This document shows positions 39,512-48,019 of a DNA stretch of 64,000 bases, piece after piece; within the stretch, counting starts at the first letter, position 1; the number at the start of each line of letters is the position of its first letter. The stretch is from positions 206 to 64,205 of the forward strand of contig JAJQFC010000024.1 of the NCBI GenBank assembly GCA_021201355.1, read 5' to 3'. Under the pieces are notes generated by a model that saw nothing but the letters and a program-made list of their open reading frames with translations, did not search any database and was not told the DNA's origin. A program made the position numbers and the translations under genes. The stretch is from Planctomycetaceae bacterium. Its GTDB lineage: Bacteria; Planctomycetota; SZUA-567.

Positions 39512-40120
39512 CTACCGCAGCACCCGGAGCATGCCGACGGCTTTTCCGGCGATGTGAAAATCGAATTCCGGACGGACGATGAACGGCTCGTATTTTTCAT
39601 TTTCCGGCACAAGGAGAAGGCTGCCGTCGGCCAACCAGCGGAACCGCTTGACCGTGGCCTGGCCGTCGATGACGGCAACGCCGATCTCTCCCGTTTCCAC
39701 CTGGGACTGCTTCCGGATGATGGCATAATCGCCGTCCCAGAAGCCGGCTTCAATCATGGAATCGCCGACGATTTTCAGGGCGAAATGTTGTCCGGGCTCG
39801 TAGAAGGCGTCGAGGTCGAGATAGCCGTCGAGGTTTTCAATGGCGTCAATCGGCGTTCCGGCGGCGACGCGGCCGACCAGGGGAACGCCGCGCTCGGGGA
39901 TGAGAAAATCGGGAGCTATCTCGATATTCCTGGCCATGCCTGGTTTCAGGTTGATATAGCCTTTTTTCACCAGGGCCTTCAGATGCGTGGTGACGGCATT
40001 TGTCGAGGCAAACCCGAACGCTTCGCCAATCTCCCTGACAGTAGGAATATTGCCTTCACTCCGGGAGTACGAGACGATATAGTCGAAAATTTCCTGCTGT
40101 CGTTCTGTCAACTCTCGCAT
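39512..40120 (-). CDS. lexA: LexA repressor
   Basis: MRELTERQQEIFDYI wHTH, AAG cleavage site (VAAGTPI), GDSM serine and VKRF lysine. ATG 40120 has a GAGGG SD. The ORF-track start at 40138 is the alternative. Confidence 0.9.
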   Translation of the reverse strand: MRELTERQQEIFDYIVSYSRSEGNIPTVREIGEAFGFASTNAVTTHLKALVKKGYINLKPGMARNIEIAPDFLIPERGVPLVGRVAAGTPIDAIENLDGYLDLDAFYEPGQHFALKIVGDSMIEAGFWDGDYAIIRKQSQVETGEIGVAVIDGQATVKRFRWLADGSLLLVPENEKYEPFIVRPEFDFHIAGKAVGMLRVLR

Positions 40121-40147
40121 TGTCTCGCCCTCGTTCATAAAACTGCT

Positions 40148-40203
40148 GAACTGTTGTTCTCCTTGTATGATTTATTTATACTGGACGGCTGCTCATATTT
40201 CAA
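40148..40203 (-). promoter_or_regulatory. lexA promoter (TTGAAA-17-TATAAA) with a GAAC-N4-GTTC SOS-box-like operator
   Basis: On the minus strand: -35 at 40203-40198, -10 at 40180-40175, and GAACAACAGTTC at 40159-40148, just downstream of the -10. Confidence 0.55.
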
Positions 40204-40700
40204 GTAATTTTTTTAGAAATTCTTTCTGCAACTTTTTAAACTTCAATAGATTGTAGGTATACTCCATCCATAACACTATTAGTAGTGGCTCGGCAGGCCA
40301 CTTTTTTCTGAACATAATATCAATCGAGACCTCATCAAACTATACTATACAAATGAATCGTAGTACTATGACATTATTCCTTAGGATTACATCTCAGACT
40401 TCGATAAAGATAAGTAGAATATCCTGCCGCTCAGCTCCCGGGCCTTGGCAACCAACCCTTCTCCACTCTAACCGGATTGTTTATCTTGGTTTCAAGTCAT
40501 TCTGTAATTTCGTCGATAATCAACAATGGCGGCGACAGAATCCACCTGGCCTTATTGAATTGGAGGAGGCCGGAAAAAACAGGTTCCCGGACAGGATCGC
40601 CCCAAGGCACGACGATACAGCGTCTTCACCCGTTGCCCCGCGCATTTGCCCGGCGGCCGGGCGGGTATATGGGATTATGGAACTGAATGGAGAAGAAGGC

Positions 40701-41165
40701 ATGTCAGCAAATGTCAACAATGACGGGTTTGGCAAAAACTGGAGCGACAAATTGCGTCTCCTCGACGCGATAGACGACATGCGGGAGCCTGTCCGACCCC
40801 GTGAGGAACAGGCGCTTCAGCTCGATCCGAACCAGCCAACCATCGAAATGCTGCAGGAAAAACTCCGCTGTTACGAACAGACCTGCGCCATGCTCGAGCG
40901 CGAAGTTCAGGAACTGGAACAGCAAACCATTGCCGCTATCGCCGAGGCCGGCCGCCTCCGCCATGAACTGGACAAGCACGCCGCCGAACGGCTGCGCCCG
41001 TCCGCCGTCATCGACGTTGTCGAACGTGACAGCATCAGCCGCGTCATCCGCGATTCGGAAAACGAACGCCGCCTCCTTCTCGATGCCCTGGAAAACAGCG
41101 AGGCCGAACTGGCCCGGATGGTCAAAACCCTCGATCTTGTCGCCAGGAAGCTTCAGGTCGCCTGA
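40701..41165 (+). CDS. hypothetical coiled-coil protein
   Basis: ATG 40701 is preceded by GGAGAAGAAGG. Heptad-rich sequence (LQEKLRCYEQTCAMLEREVQELEQQ...). The upstream part of ORF 40353-41165 is AT-rich and unlikely to be coding. Confidence 0.5.
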   Translation: MSANVNNDGFGKNWSDKLRLLDAIDDMREPVRPREEQALQLDPNQPTIEMLQEKLRCYEQTCAMLEREVQELEQQTIAAIAEAGRLRHELDKHAAERLRPSAVIDVVERDSISRVIRDSENERRLLLDALENSEAELARMVKTLDLVARKLQVA

Positions 41166-41197
41166 TCCTCACCGTATCCACCACCCGCAGGCAGTTC

Positions 41198-41238
41198 GCC
41201 AGGCCATCCTTCTCCAAGTATGGTCTGGCTGGTTTTTT
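41198..41238 (+). terminator. intrinsic terminator after the coiled-coil gene
   Basis: Stem GCCAGGCCAT / ATGGTCTGGC, then TGGTTTTTT. Confidence 0.65.
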
Positions 41239-41513
41239 GACCGACCCGAGACCTCATCACGTACGCTTCCGCAATCATTCTGTCCATGCTAACAGCTCGG
41301 CATCGAAACAGACGCTATCCAAAGCGTAAACGAAAACAAAGCCGGTAAACAGTCTCCATTTTTACCTATCCCCATCTAACATGGAGGGGCCGGAAACTCA
41401 GAGCGGTTTGTCGGTCTCTATTTCGGGGTTGAATTACGATAGTCCTCCCTGGAAATGACGGAATACGGGAGTCTATTAACACTCCGTTACGAGATTCAAT
41501 AAAACGCGCGTAA

Positions 41514-41545
41514 GCAAACAAAAAACCAGGCCGCAACCGGCCTGG
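41514..41545 (-). terminator. intrinsic terminator after the zinc-finger protein gene
   Basis: Stem CCAGGCCG / CGGCCTGG with loop CAAC, followed on the minus strand by TTTTTTGTTT. Confidence 0.65.
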
Positions 41546-41589
41546 CTTCAATTCGTGTACGTTGCATCAAATAATGCGCCGTGTCACGC

Positions 41590-42450
41590 CTACCGTTCAG
41601 GGTAAAACCCTTTCTCAGTCACCTTGCCGTTTTTCGTATTAACGTAGATGCGGTAGAATGCCCGTTTCCGCTCGGACGGGAGATCCTTTCCAGCCCAGAA
41701 CTGCCAGACAGCGATGCGGCGTTTGTCATTGGATTCCTGGTAGCGGGCTTTTCGGAGCATCGGCATGATATCCTGAAAATCTCCGCCGATCCGCACGTAA
41801 TTTTTGTCCAGCCAATCACAGGCCTCGAGCCGCTCAGCCGGCTGTTTTGAGACGAGCCGTTCGATCCACTGTTCGGCACCGGCCGGAGCATTGGCGAAAG
41901 AGCGTTCCTGCATGATGCGGCGGCCTTCTTCGGGCTGCTCAAAATCCTCGGAAGACAGCATAAAGTACTTTTCCGTCGTGTGGTTTTCCAAATAGCCCTT
42001 GCCCGCGCACTTCTGGCACTTCCGGGTAAGGGCGACGCCTTTGACCTTTTCAGCAAACGGCAGCGTGTCTCTCCCGGTTCCTTTACAATCCGGACAGGTA
42101 TCGTTCCGCCAGGTGACGAGACGAAGCATATAATCCGGATTGACGCTGGCAGTGATGCGAACCGGCGTTCCCTTCTGGTCGACGGTTTTTTTCCGATAGT
42201 ATTCCCCGCGTTCAATAGTGGCCTTGACCTCATGAAGGATTTCCGGCCGGTTGATCTGGAGTTCGGCCAGGTATTTCCCAAGATGATACGAATTGAGGTT
42301 CACTGCAATGTAATCGCCGCGCCCGGGCGCCATGGAAAAGGAAAAGGCCCGTTCACCCGCGGTGGCCATCCCCGGACCAATAGCGGAAACGGAGCCGATT
42401 ACCACGGCGCTGGCAACAACAAGCCATGACCACAAGGATGCCCTATGCAT
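41590..42450 (-). CDS. hypothetical exported protein with a DnaJ-type double CxxCxGxG zinc-finger motif
   Basis: ATG 42450 (MHRASLWSWLVVASAVVIGSVSA signal-like). CPDCKGTG and CQKCAGKG motifs. Confidence 0.55.
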   Translation of the reverse strand: MHRASLWSWLVVASAVVIGSVSAIGPGMATAGERAFSFSMAPGRGDYIAVNLNSYHLGKYLAELQINRPEILHEVKATIERGEYYRKKTVDQKGTPVRITASVNPDYMLRLVTWRNDTCPDCKGTGRDTLPFAEKVKGVALTRKCQKCAGKGYLENHTTEKYFMLSSEDFEQPEEGRRIMQERSFANAPAGAEQWIERLVSKQPAERLEACDWLDKNYVRIGGDFQDIMPMLRKARYQESNDKRRIAVWQFWAGKDLPSERKRAFYRIYVNTKNGKVTEKGFYPER

Positions 42451-42559
42451 ATGGTGCGTCTCCACAATGACGGGATAGTAATGAGTAGTCGAAAACGACG
42501 ACCGCCTAACGCGACCGCTTTTTCCTACTATACCAGAAGAAAGGTTGAAATCAACATAT

Positions 42560-43148
42560 ACTGTCGTTTGTTCCACGTGGAACATTCGGGATGGTCTTAA
42601 ATGTCCCTTTCACGGTTTCACGTGGAACACTACGGTTCCGCTTTACGGCTGATTGTATCTTTCAGCCAAGGATGCAGCCGAGGTGTTGCCTGCCGGTTCC
42701 AGTGAAACAGTCCTGTCCTGTGAAATCATCATACGCCGGCATATGGTTGTTTCACGTGGAACTAGTGTTGAATCCCTGTTGAATTGTACTGTTGAATATT
42801 GAATACTGTGCAATATGAGATATGATCAGATGGGATTCAACACCATCACACCCGCAGCCAACCGTCCACAAACCCGTTCCATTTCTCCTTTCCCCATACC
42901 ATTAAGTTATTTACCACTATTTTGACAAATGTGGAGGCCATAGTAGTAGTTGTAGTTATAACGGGAGTTAACCTAAAAAGAAAAAACCAAAATCCAAGGC
43001 CGTTCTCTGCCACTAACCCGACGGACCGTTTGTTCATCCAATCACCGACCGTGTCGCTCTCACCTGTTTTTGCCTTTACAACCCCTCCCCGGGAGTATAT
43101 TATACCGCCTTCACTCTTCGACTGACCCGTGTTGCAAAGGCTACCATA
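42560..43148. other. candidate chromosomal replication origin (oriC) upstream of dnaN
   Basis: About 590 bp with no convincing ORF. Contains the palindromic boxes whose halves resemble DnaA boxes (GTGGAAC vs TGTGGATAA), an AT-rich GTTGAAT repeat block (42767-42805), and TCCACA / TGTGGA boxes near 42866 and 42930. Gene orientation flips here. dnaN and a DUF721 gene are adjacent. Confidence 0.5.
42570..42762. repeat. four copies of the palindromic 14-mer GTTYCACGTGGAAC (one degenerate)
   Basis: GTTCCACGTGGAAC 42570-42583, GTTTCACGTGGAAC 42615-42628, GTTCCAGTGAAAC 42696-42708 (one base short), GTTTCACGTGGAAC 42749-42762. Confidence 0.8.
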
Positions 43149-44237
43149 ATGGAATTCTCCGTCAATAAAACCAAGTTCTCCGAAGCGCTTTCGCTTGTTA
43201 CCGCAGTCGTGCCGGAACGCGCTTCCCGGCCGGTTCTCCAGAACCTCCTCCTAATCGGGAATGAGGATTCGACAATCACTCTAGCCGCCACCGATTTGGA
43301 AATCGGCCTGAAAATGAATCTGGAAGTAACTGACCTGAAAAGCCCGACATCCGTCCTCCTGCCGGCCAGCCGTCTGAACGCCCTGGTGAAAGGCACTTAT
43401 GCCGACGACATCCACATGACCATTGAGGACAACAAGGCGGAGATGAAAACAAGCTACGGCCGTTTCCAGGTGCCGGGAATGGATGTTCTTGATTACCCGA
43501 CAATCCCCGATTTTGCGGCCGAAGGTGTATTCCTTGTTCACGGCGACGACTTTGTCGAAGCGGTGCAGAAGACCCTGTTCGCCACGGCCAAAGGCGATAC
43601 CCGCTATGCCCTCAGTGGAATATACGTCAATGTCGCCGATGGGTCGGCCGAATTTGTCGCCTCGGACACGCACCGCCTGTCCCTGGTGAAAAAGAAGGTA
43701 AAGAACCCGGACGCGGCGGCCGCCGATGCCATTCTCCTCACCAAAGGCATGAACACCCTGGCCCGCCTCGCTTCCGGCTCCGATATGGTGGAAATGGCGA
43801 TAACGGCCAAGGAGCTGCTGGCGCGGACGCCGAACGCCACCGTCTTTATCCGCCGGGTCGAGGGGATGTTCCCCCGCTACCAGGACGTCATTCCGGAAAA
43901 GCGCGATACCCAGTTCACCGTCGACCGGGACGAACTCCTGCGGTCGCTCCATAGTATCGGGCTTATCAGTTCGGACGAGTCGAAGGCGGTTCTTTTCACC
44001 ACTGGCGAAAACAGCCTCAAGCTTTCAGCCAGCAGTGAAAACGGCGAAGGCGATTTGACCCTGGACGCCGAGGTATCGGGCGGTCCGGTGGAAATCAAGT
44101 TCAATTACGTGTTCCTCGTCGACGCCCTGAAGAACATCGCCGAAGACAAGGTCACCGTCCAATTCAAGGACGCGGATAATCCGGTACGCATCGACGCCGG
44201 CGACTTTGTCTATGTTCTCATGCCGATGAACCGGTAG
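43149..44237 (+). CDS. dnaN: DNA polymerase III beta sliding clamp
   Basis: 362 aa with the typical N-terminus (MEFSVNKTKFSEALSLV...RPVLQNLLL) and C-terminus (...VYVLMPMNR), followed by TAG. Confidence 0.9.
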   Translation: MEFSVNKTKFSEALSLVTAVVPERASRPVLQNLLLIGNEDSTITLAATDLEIGLKMNLEVTDLKSPTSVLLPASRLNALVKGTYADDIHMTIEDNKAEMKTSYGRFQVPGMDVLDYPTIPDFAAEGVFLVHGDDFVEAVQKTLFATAKGDTRYALSGIYVNVADGSAEFVASDTHRLSLVKKKVKNPDAAAADAILLTKGMNTLARLASGSDMVEMAITAKELLARTPNATVFIRRVEGMFPRYQDVIPEKRDTQFTVDRDELLRSLHSIGLISSDESKAVLFTTGENSLKLSASSENGEGDLTLDAEVSGGPVEIKFNYVFLVDALKNIAEDKVTVQFKDADNPVRIDAGDFVYVLMPMNR

Positions 44238-44241
44238 GCCT

Positions 44242-44733
44242 ATGGCCAAGGCAATACGGCGAACCAAAAAGACCCGGATACGTGACGAGGCCGGACCGGA
44301 ATGGCAACGGTATTTCGACCAGGTGAAATGGCGTCGCGAACGATTGACCAGTCCGAAATACCGGCCGCTGGTTATCTGTCGTTACGAGGTGGATGGGGTC
44401 GAGCGGGTGGTGGCGCGGCCGAAAAGCTTTCCGACGCCGGTAAAAAAAATCGTCGAAAAAGTGGTGAACCTTAAAGCGCTTGGCATTGCAATAAACATTG
44501 AAAGTATACGTGAGGCTTGGACGGCGGTGGTGGGTGAGGAAATCGCCAAGGATACCGGGCTGTATTCCTTCAAGAACGGCATTGTCACCATTGACGTTTA
44601 TTCGCCTACCCTGTTTCAGGAACTACGTGCCTTTTACGCCGACGGCATCCAGAAAGATCTTCGCGACAAATGGCCGCTTTCCGTCCCTTTGGTTGAGGTT
44701 AAATATCGTTTGGCCCGAAAACAGAAGTTATGA
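44242..44733 (+). CDS. DUF721 (DciA-like) protein
   Basis: C-terminal AWTAVVGEEIAKDTGLYSFKNGIVTIDVYSPTLFQELRAF matches the DUF721 pattern. Sits directly after dnaN. Confidence 0.7.
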   Translation: MAKAIRRTKKTRIRDEAGPEWQRYFDQVKWRRERLTSPKYRPLVICRYEVDGVERVVARPKSFPTPVKKIVEKVVNLKALGIAINIESIREAWTAVVGEEIAKDTGLYSFKNGIVTIDVYSPTLFQELRAFYADGIQKDLRDKWPLSVPLVEVKYRLARKQKL

Positions 44734-45860
44734 CCATAGCGACGTCACCAGGATTATATGTACACATCCCGTTCTGTCGGGCCCGGTGCGGCTATTGCAC
44801 CTTTACCAGTAGCGTCTATTCAAAAGAAACCGCCGACCGTTACGTCGCGGCGCTGTGCCGGGAGGTGGCGGCCAAAGACATCGTCCTGCCATCAACCGTC
44901 TTTATCGGCGGCGGCACGCCGACCGCCTTGTCAATGGCGCAACTGGACCGCGTGCTGGCCGTCCTTCCGGAACCCGCCCCCGGCGCCGAATATACCTGCG
45001 AAGTCAATCCGGACACGGCGACGCGGGAAAAGTTGGCGCTCCTCCGGAGCTATGGCGTCAACCGTCTGTCGTTCGGCGTCCAGACATTCTCGCCAGATGG
45101 TTTACGGGTGCTGGGGCGCTGCCACGACAGTCAGACGGCGGCTGAGGCTGTGACTATGGCCCTCGAAATGGGGTTCCCCGCGGTTAACCTTGACCTTATT
45201 CACGGCTGGCCCGGACAAACCGAAGCCTTTCTGCTTTCCGATTTGGAACAGGCAATCGGCTTGGGCGTTCACCACCTCTCGACGTATTCCCTGATTCTGG
45301 ACGAATCGGCATCACGATACGAGTATTTGTCCGGACTGTTAGGCCATGCCGACAGCGATTCCGAGCGGTTCGGGGAATTTTTTCAAACCAGCCACGACTA
45401 TCTTACCAGCCACCAATTCAAGCATTACGAAACAAGCAACTACGCGAGACCGGGTTTTATTTGCCGTCATAATTGGAACATCTGGCGTGGCGGGGAGTAT
45501 TGGGGAATCGGCCTCGCCGCCCACTCGCACCATCAGGGAAGGCGTTATGCGACGACCGGAGATATGACCGCATATCTCGAAAACGCCGGAATGCCGTCAA
45601 ACCTTGAGTCATTTTCGGAAACCCTCGACGACGAGAGGAAAGCGAGGGAGACCGCCGTATTTTGGCTTCGGTTGTATGAGGGAATCGACCTGGCCGAATT
45701 TTCCCACCAGACCGGATTCGACTTCTTTGACCTGTATGCCACTGTGGCACCTCCGCTCCTGGCCAAAGGCTGGCTGGAACATTCCGCCGACCACAGCCAT
45801 ATTCGCGTTCCCGAAAAACTCCAATCGGTATTGGACACCGTTCTGGTTGAACTGATTTAA
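44730..45860 (+). CDS. hemW: radical SAM heme chaperone HemW (HemN-like)
   Basis: LYVHIPFCRARCGYCTF CxxxCxxC motif and the HemN-like fold. ATGA overlap with the upstream gene. Confidence 0.85.
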   Translation: MTIATSPGLYVHIPFCRARCGYCTFTSSVYSKETADRYVAALCREVAAKDIVLPSTVFIGGGTPTALSMAQLDRVLAVLPEPAPGAEYTCEVNPDTATREKLALLRSYGVNRLSFGVQTFSPDGLRVLGRCHDSQTAAEAVTMALEMGFPAVNLDLIHGWPGQTEAFLLSDLEQAIGLGVHHLSTYSLILDESASRYEYLSGLLGHADSDSERFGEFFQTSHDYLTSHQFKHYETSNYARPGFICRHNWNIWRGGEYWGIGLAAHSHHQGRRYATTGDMTAYLENAGMPSNLESFSETLDDERKARETAVFWLRLYEGIDLAEFSHQTGFDFFDLYATVAPPLLAKGWLEHSADHSHIRVPEKLQSVLDTVLVELI

Positions 45861-46131
45861 TTAACACCGTAGTTAATCACGGATTACACGTATCATAAAC
45901 TTCAGATACCCTGCAATCGCGATAAGTATTTTTATACTTATTATTTACAATCCTCTTTAATACCATATAACTGTCTACCCGGCACCTTGACAGCCCATAC
46001 CGACCATGTAGCCGATATTCAGCCGGGTATTACTCCTACATCCTCTCTAAATCTCTACTATGCATATAATTATGCAAAGGGCGATGCCGTATCAGCACGG
46101 CCCTGGATAAACGTTTTTAACGATAATATAG

Positions 46132-46159
46132 TTGCATCCCCGGTTTGACCGGGTATAAT
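46132..46159 (+). promoter_or_regulatory. sigma70-type promoter
   Basis: TTGCAT (46132-46137), 16 nt, TATAAT (46154-46159), about 60 nt upstream of the ATG at 46222. Confidence 0.5.
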
Positions 46160-46221
46160 GAAACGGTATAGAGATTTTTTTCCCTAACTCGCATGCGCCA
46201 CGCCGTGGACAGGATACCTGC

Positions 46222-47028
46222 ATGACGTCACGAGGGTGGAACTGGAAAGCCAAGGACCGCGCCAACGGCGGCTTGCTGTACGAGCCGGGGAATTGGGGGG
46301 ATATACTAAAACTGTCGTGGCTGACGGCGGTTGTCCAATGGAAAGCGTCAGGAAAAAATTCTCTCGAATACTACGATCCGTTTGCCGGAGACGTCTCTTA
46401 CCCGCTTGGCAAAAAAACCGCCGCCCGGCTCGCAGCCGCCGACCTCGATTTCTTCACCAGTATTGACAGCGCGTTTATCGCCCATGGCCGCTGGCCATCG
46501 GCTGGATCGGCTGTCCGGCCGCTGTTCACCGGTCCGGCCCTGATTTGGGAAAAGGACGATATCAGGCGGTCCAACTGGCAGGCGGTCCGGGATGTTACCG
46601 TCGTGGACGGCATAGCGTCCGGCTGGGAACTTCTCTACCGGCGGTCCACCGGCGCGGAGGCTGTCTGGCTCCTCGATCCCTATGACGTCCTGGCCGAGTG
46701 GCGGGATTGGCTACCGGTCCTACTGGAACGGGCGGTGACGTCCACCGTCGTTCTATACATCTTTAACCGCTCCGGGAAAAACCGCGAAGCCTTCCGCGAA
46801 TACCGCGCATTCCGGAACGCGCTGGAAGACGGCCGGGGGCCGCTCCCGAAACGTCTCGGCCGGGCCGCCGCCGATGTATTTCTTCCGGAGCACTACCACG
46901 AAATGCTTTTTCTCCCTGGCGTGGCCGACTGCGAAGCGCCGGGAATCGGGGAATTGATGGCGGAACTGGGCCGTCGCACCTTTGCCCTTCGGGCGGCGCA
47001 GGAGCGGGCGGCGGTTTTCGAGGAGTAA
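46222..47028 (+). CDS. hypothetical protein, weakly RlmJ-like (N6-adenine methyltransferase-fold)
   Basis: GNWGDILKLSWL...YYDPFAGDVSYPL and LLDPYD recall the RlmJ pattern (GNxADxLKH...DxHAGxGxY...DPxYE). The resemblance is by eye only. Confidence 0.4.
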   Translation: MTSRGWNWKAKDRANGGLLYEPGNWGDILKLSWLTAVVQWKASGKNSLEYYDPFAGDVSYPLGKKTAARLAAADLDFFTSIDSAFIAHGRWPSAGSAVRPLFTGPALIWEKDDIRRSNWQAVRDVTVVDGIASGWELLYRRSTGAEAVWLLDPYDVLAEWRDWLPVLLERAVTSTVVLYIFNRSGKNREAFREYRAFRNALEDGRGPLPKRLGRAAADVFLPEHYHEMLFLPGVADCEAPGIGELMAELGRRTFALRAAQERAAVFEE

Positions 47029-47187
47029 TCGCGGCGATTCGGAGCACGATGCCGGCGGTCCGCCCGATCTGGTCACTGTCGTTCCATTGCGCCGGTTACC
47101 CGGCCATGAAGAAATTGTAAAAACTGATTCAGACGTACTTCTCCATCAAACTTCACCATTGGCTCGCATACAACCTGGAGGAATTCT

Positions 47188-47730
47188 ATGTCAACGCAAG
47201 CATCGGTACGCATGAACAAGGTGGCCGACAAGGCCGGGACCGAACCCGACGTCGTCGCCGCCGTGCGGAAATGGAAATCGAAACGGGGCAGCCTCATCAT
47301 GGTGCTCCACGAGATCCAGAACGCCCGCGGTTATGTCCCCCGCGACGTCGCGCTGTACCTGTCCCGGGAACTGGACGTCCCCCTGGCGCGGATCTACGAG
47401 GCCCTGACCTTCTACCACTATTTCAAGCTTGAACCGCCCGGCAAGGCCATCATCTCCGTTTGCACCGGCACTGCCTGCTATCTCAAGGGTTCCCAGGCGC
47501 TGGTGGACGAATTCGCCCGGGAGACCGGCGCGCCGGTCGGCGGTTCCACCGAGGACAAGCTATTCCACCTCCAATGCGTCCGCTGTGTCGGCTGCTGCGG
47601 CCTGGCGCCGGTGGCTATCGTCAACGGGAAGACCTACGGCAAATTGACGCCACCCGACATCAAGAAAATCGTCCATGAATGGCGCGAACACTTCGCCGGC
47701 GATGCGCCCGAAGAAAAGACGACGGAATAA
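47188..47730 (+). CDS. NuoE-like 2Fe-2S subunit of a multimeric [FeFe]-hydrogenase (HydC/HndA-like)
   Basis: LHEIQNARGYVP..., CTGTACYLKG and CVRCVGCCGLAP. GGAGG SD. Confidence 0.85.
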   Translation: MSTQASVRMNKVADKAGTEPDVVAAVRKWKSKRGSLIMVLHEIQNARGYVPRDVALYLSRELDVPLARIYEALTFYHYFKLEPPGKAIISVCTGTACYLKGSQALVDEFARETGAPVGGSTEDKLFHLQCVRCVGCCGLAPVAIVNGKTYGKLTPPDIKKIVHEWREHFAGDAPEEKTTE

Positions 47731-48019
47731 AGAACGTTCAATGAACTCCGGAAGCCTTTTCTGAACATGATGTCCGGTCCACGCAGACCGGTTTCAAGAA
47801 AGGCTGTCGAACCAATTTCCGCCACCATCGGCAGGCCTGCAAGTTTTTCTATTTTTGGCAAAGACCGGCGTTCGGCATTTCTTCAAAACGGGCAGGTGTA
47901 CGCAGTACTGCCCGAAAATTGAGAACGCCGTCACCTTTTATAGAAGCCGGTTTATCCGGTTCTAAAAAAGAAAAACCCGCGACCGCACCGATACTGTCCA
48001 CCGCATAGGAAGAACAATC

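Noticed and set aside
47767-47922. 51-codon ORF (MMSGPRRPVSRKAVEP...) in the hydrogenase operon gap
   Set aside because: It has no SD, its third-position composition is unlike the surrounding genes, and no motif was recognised. Kept only as part of the gap observation.
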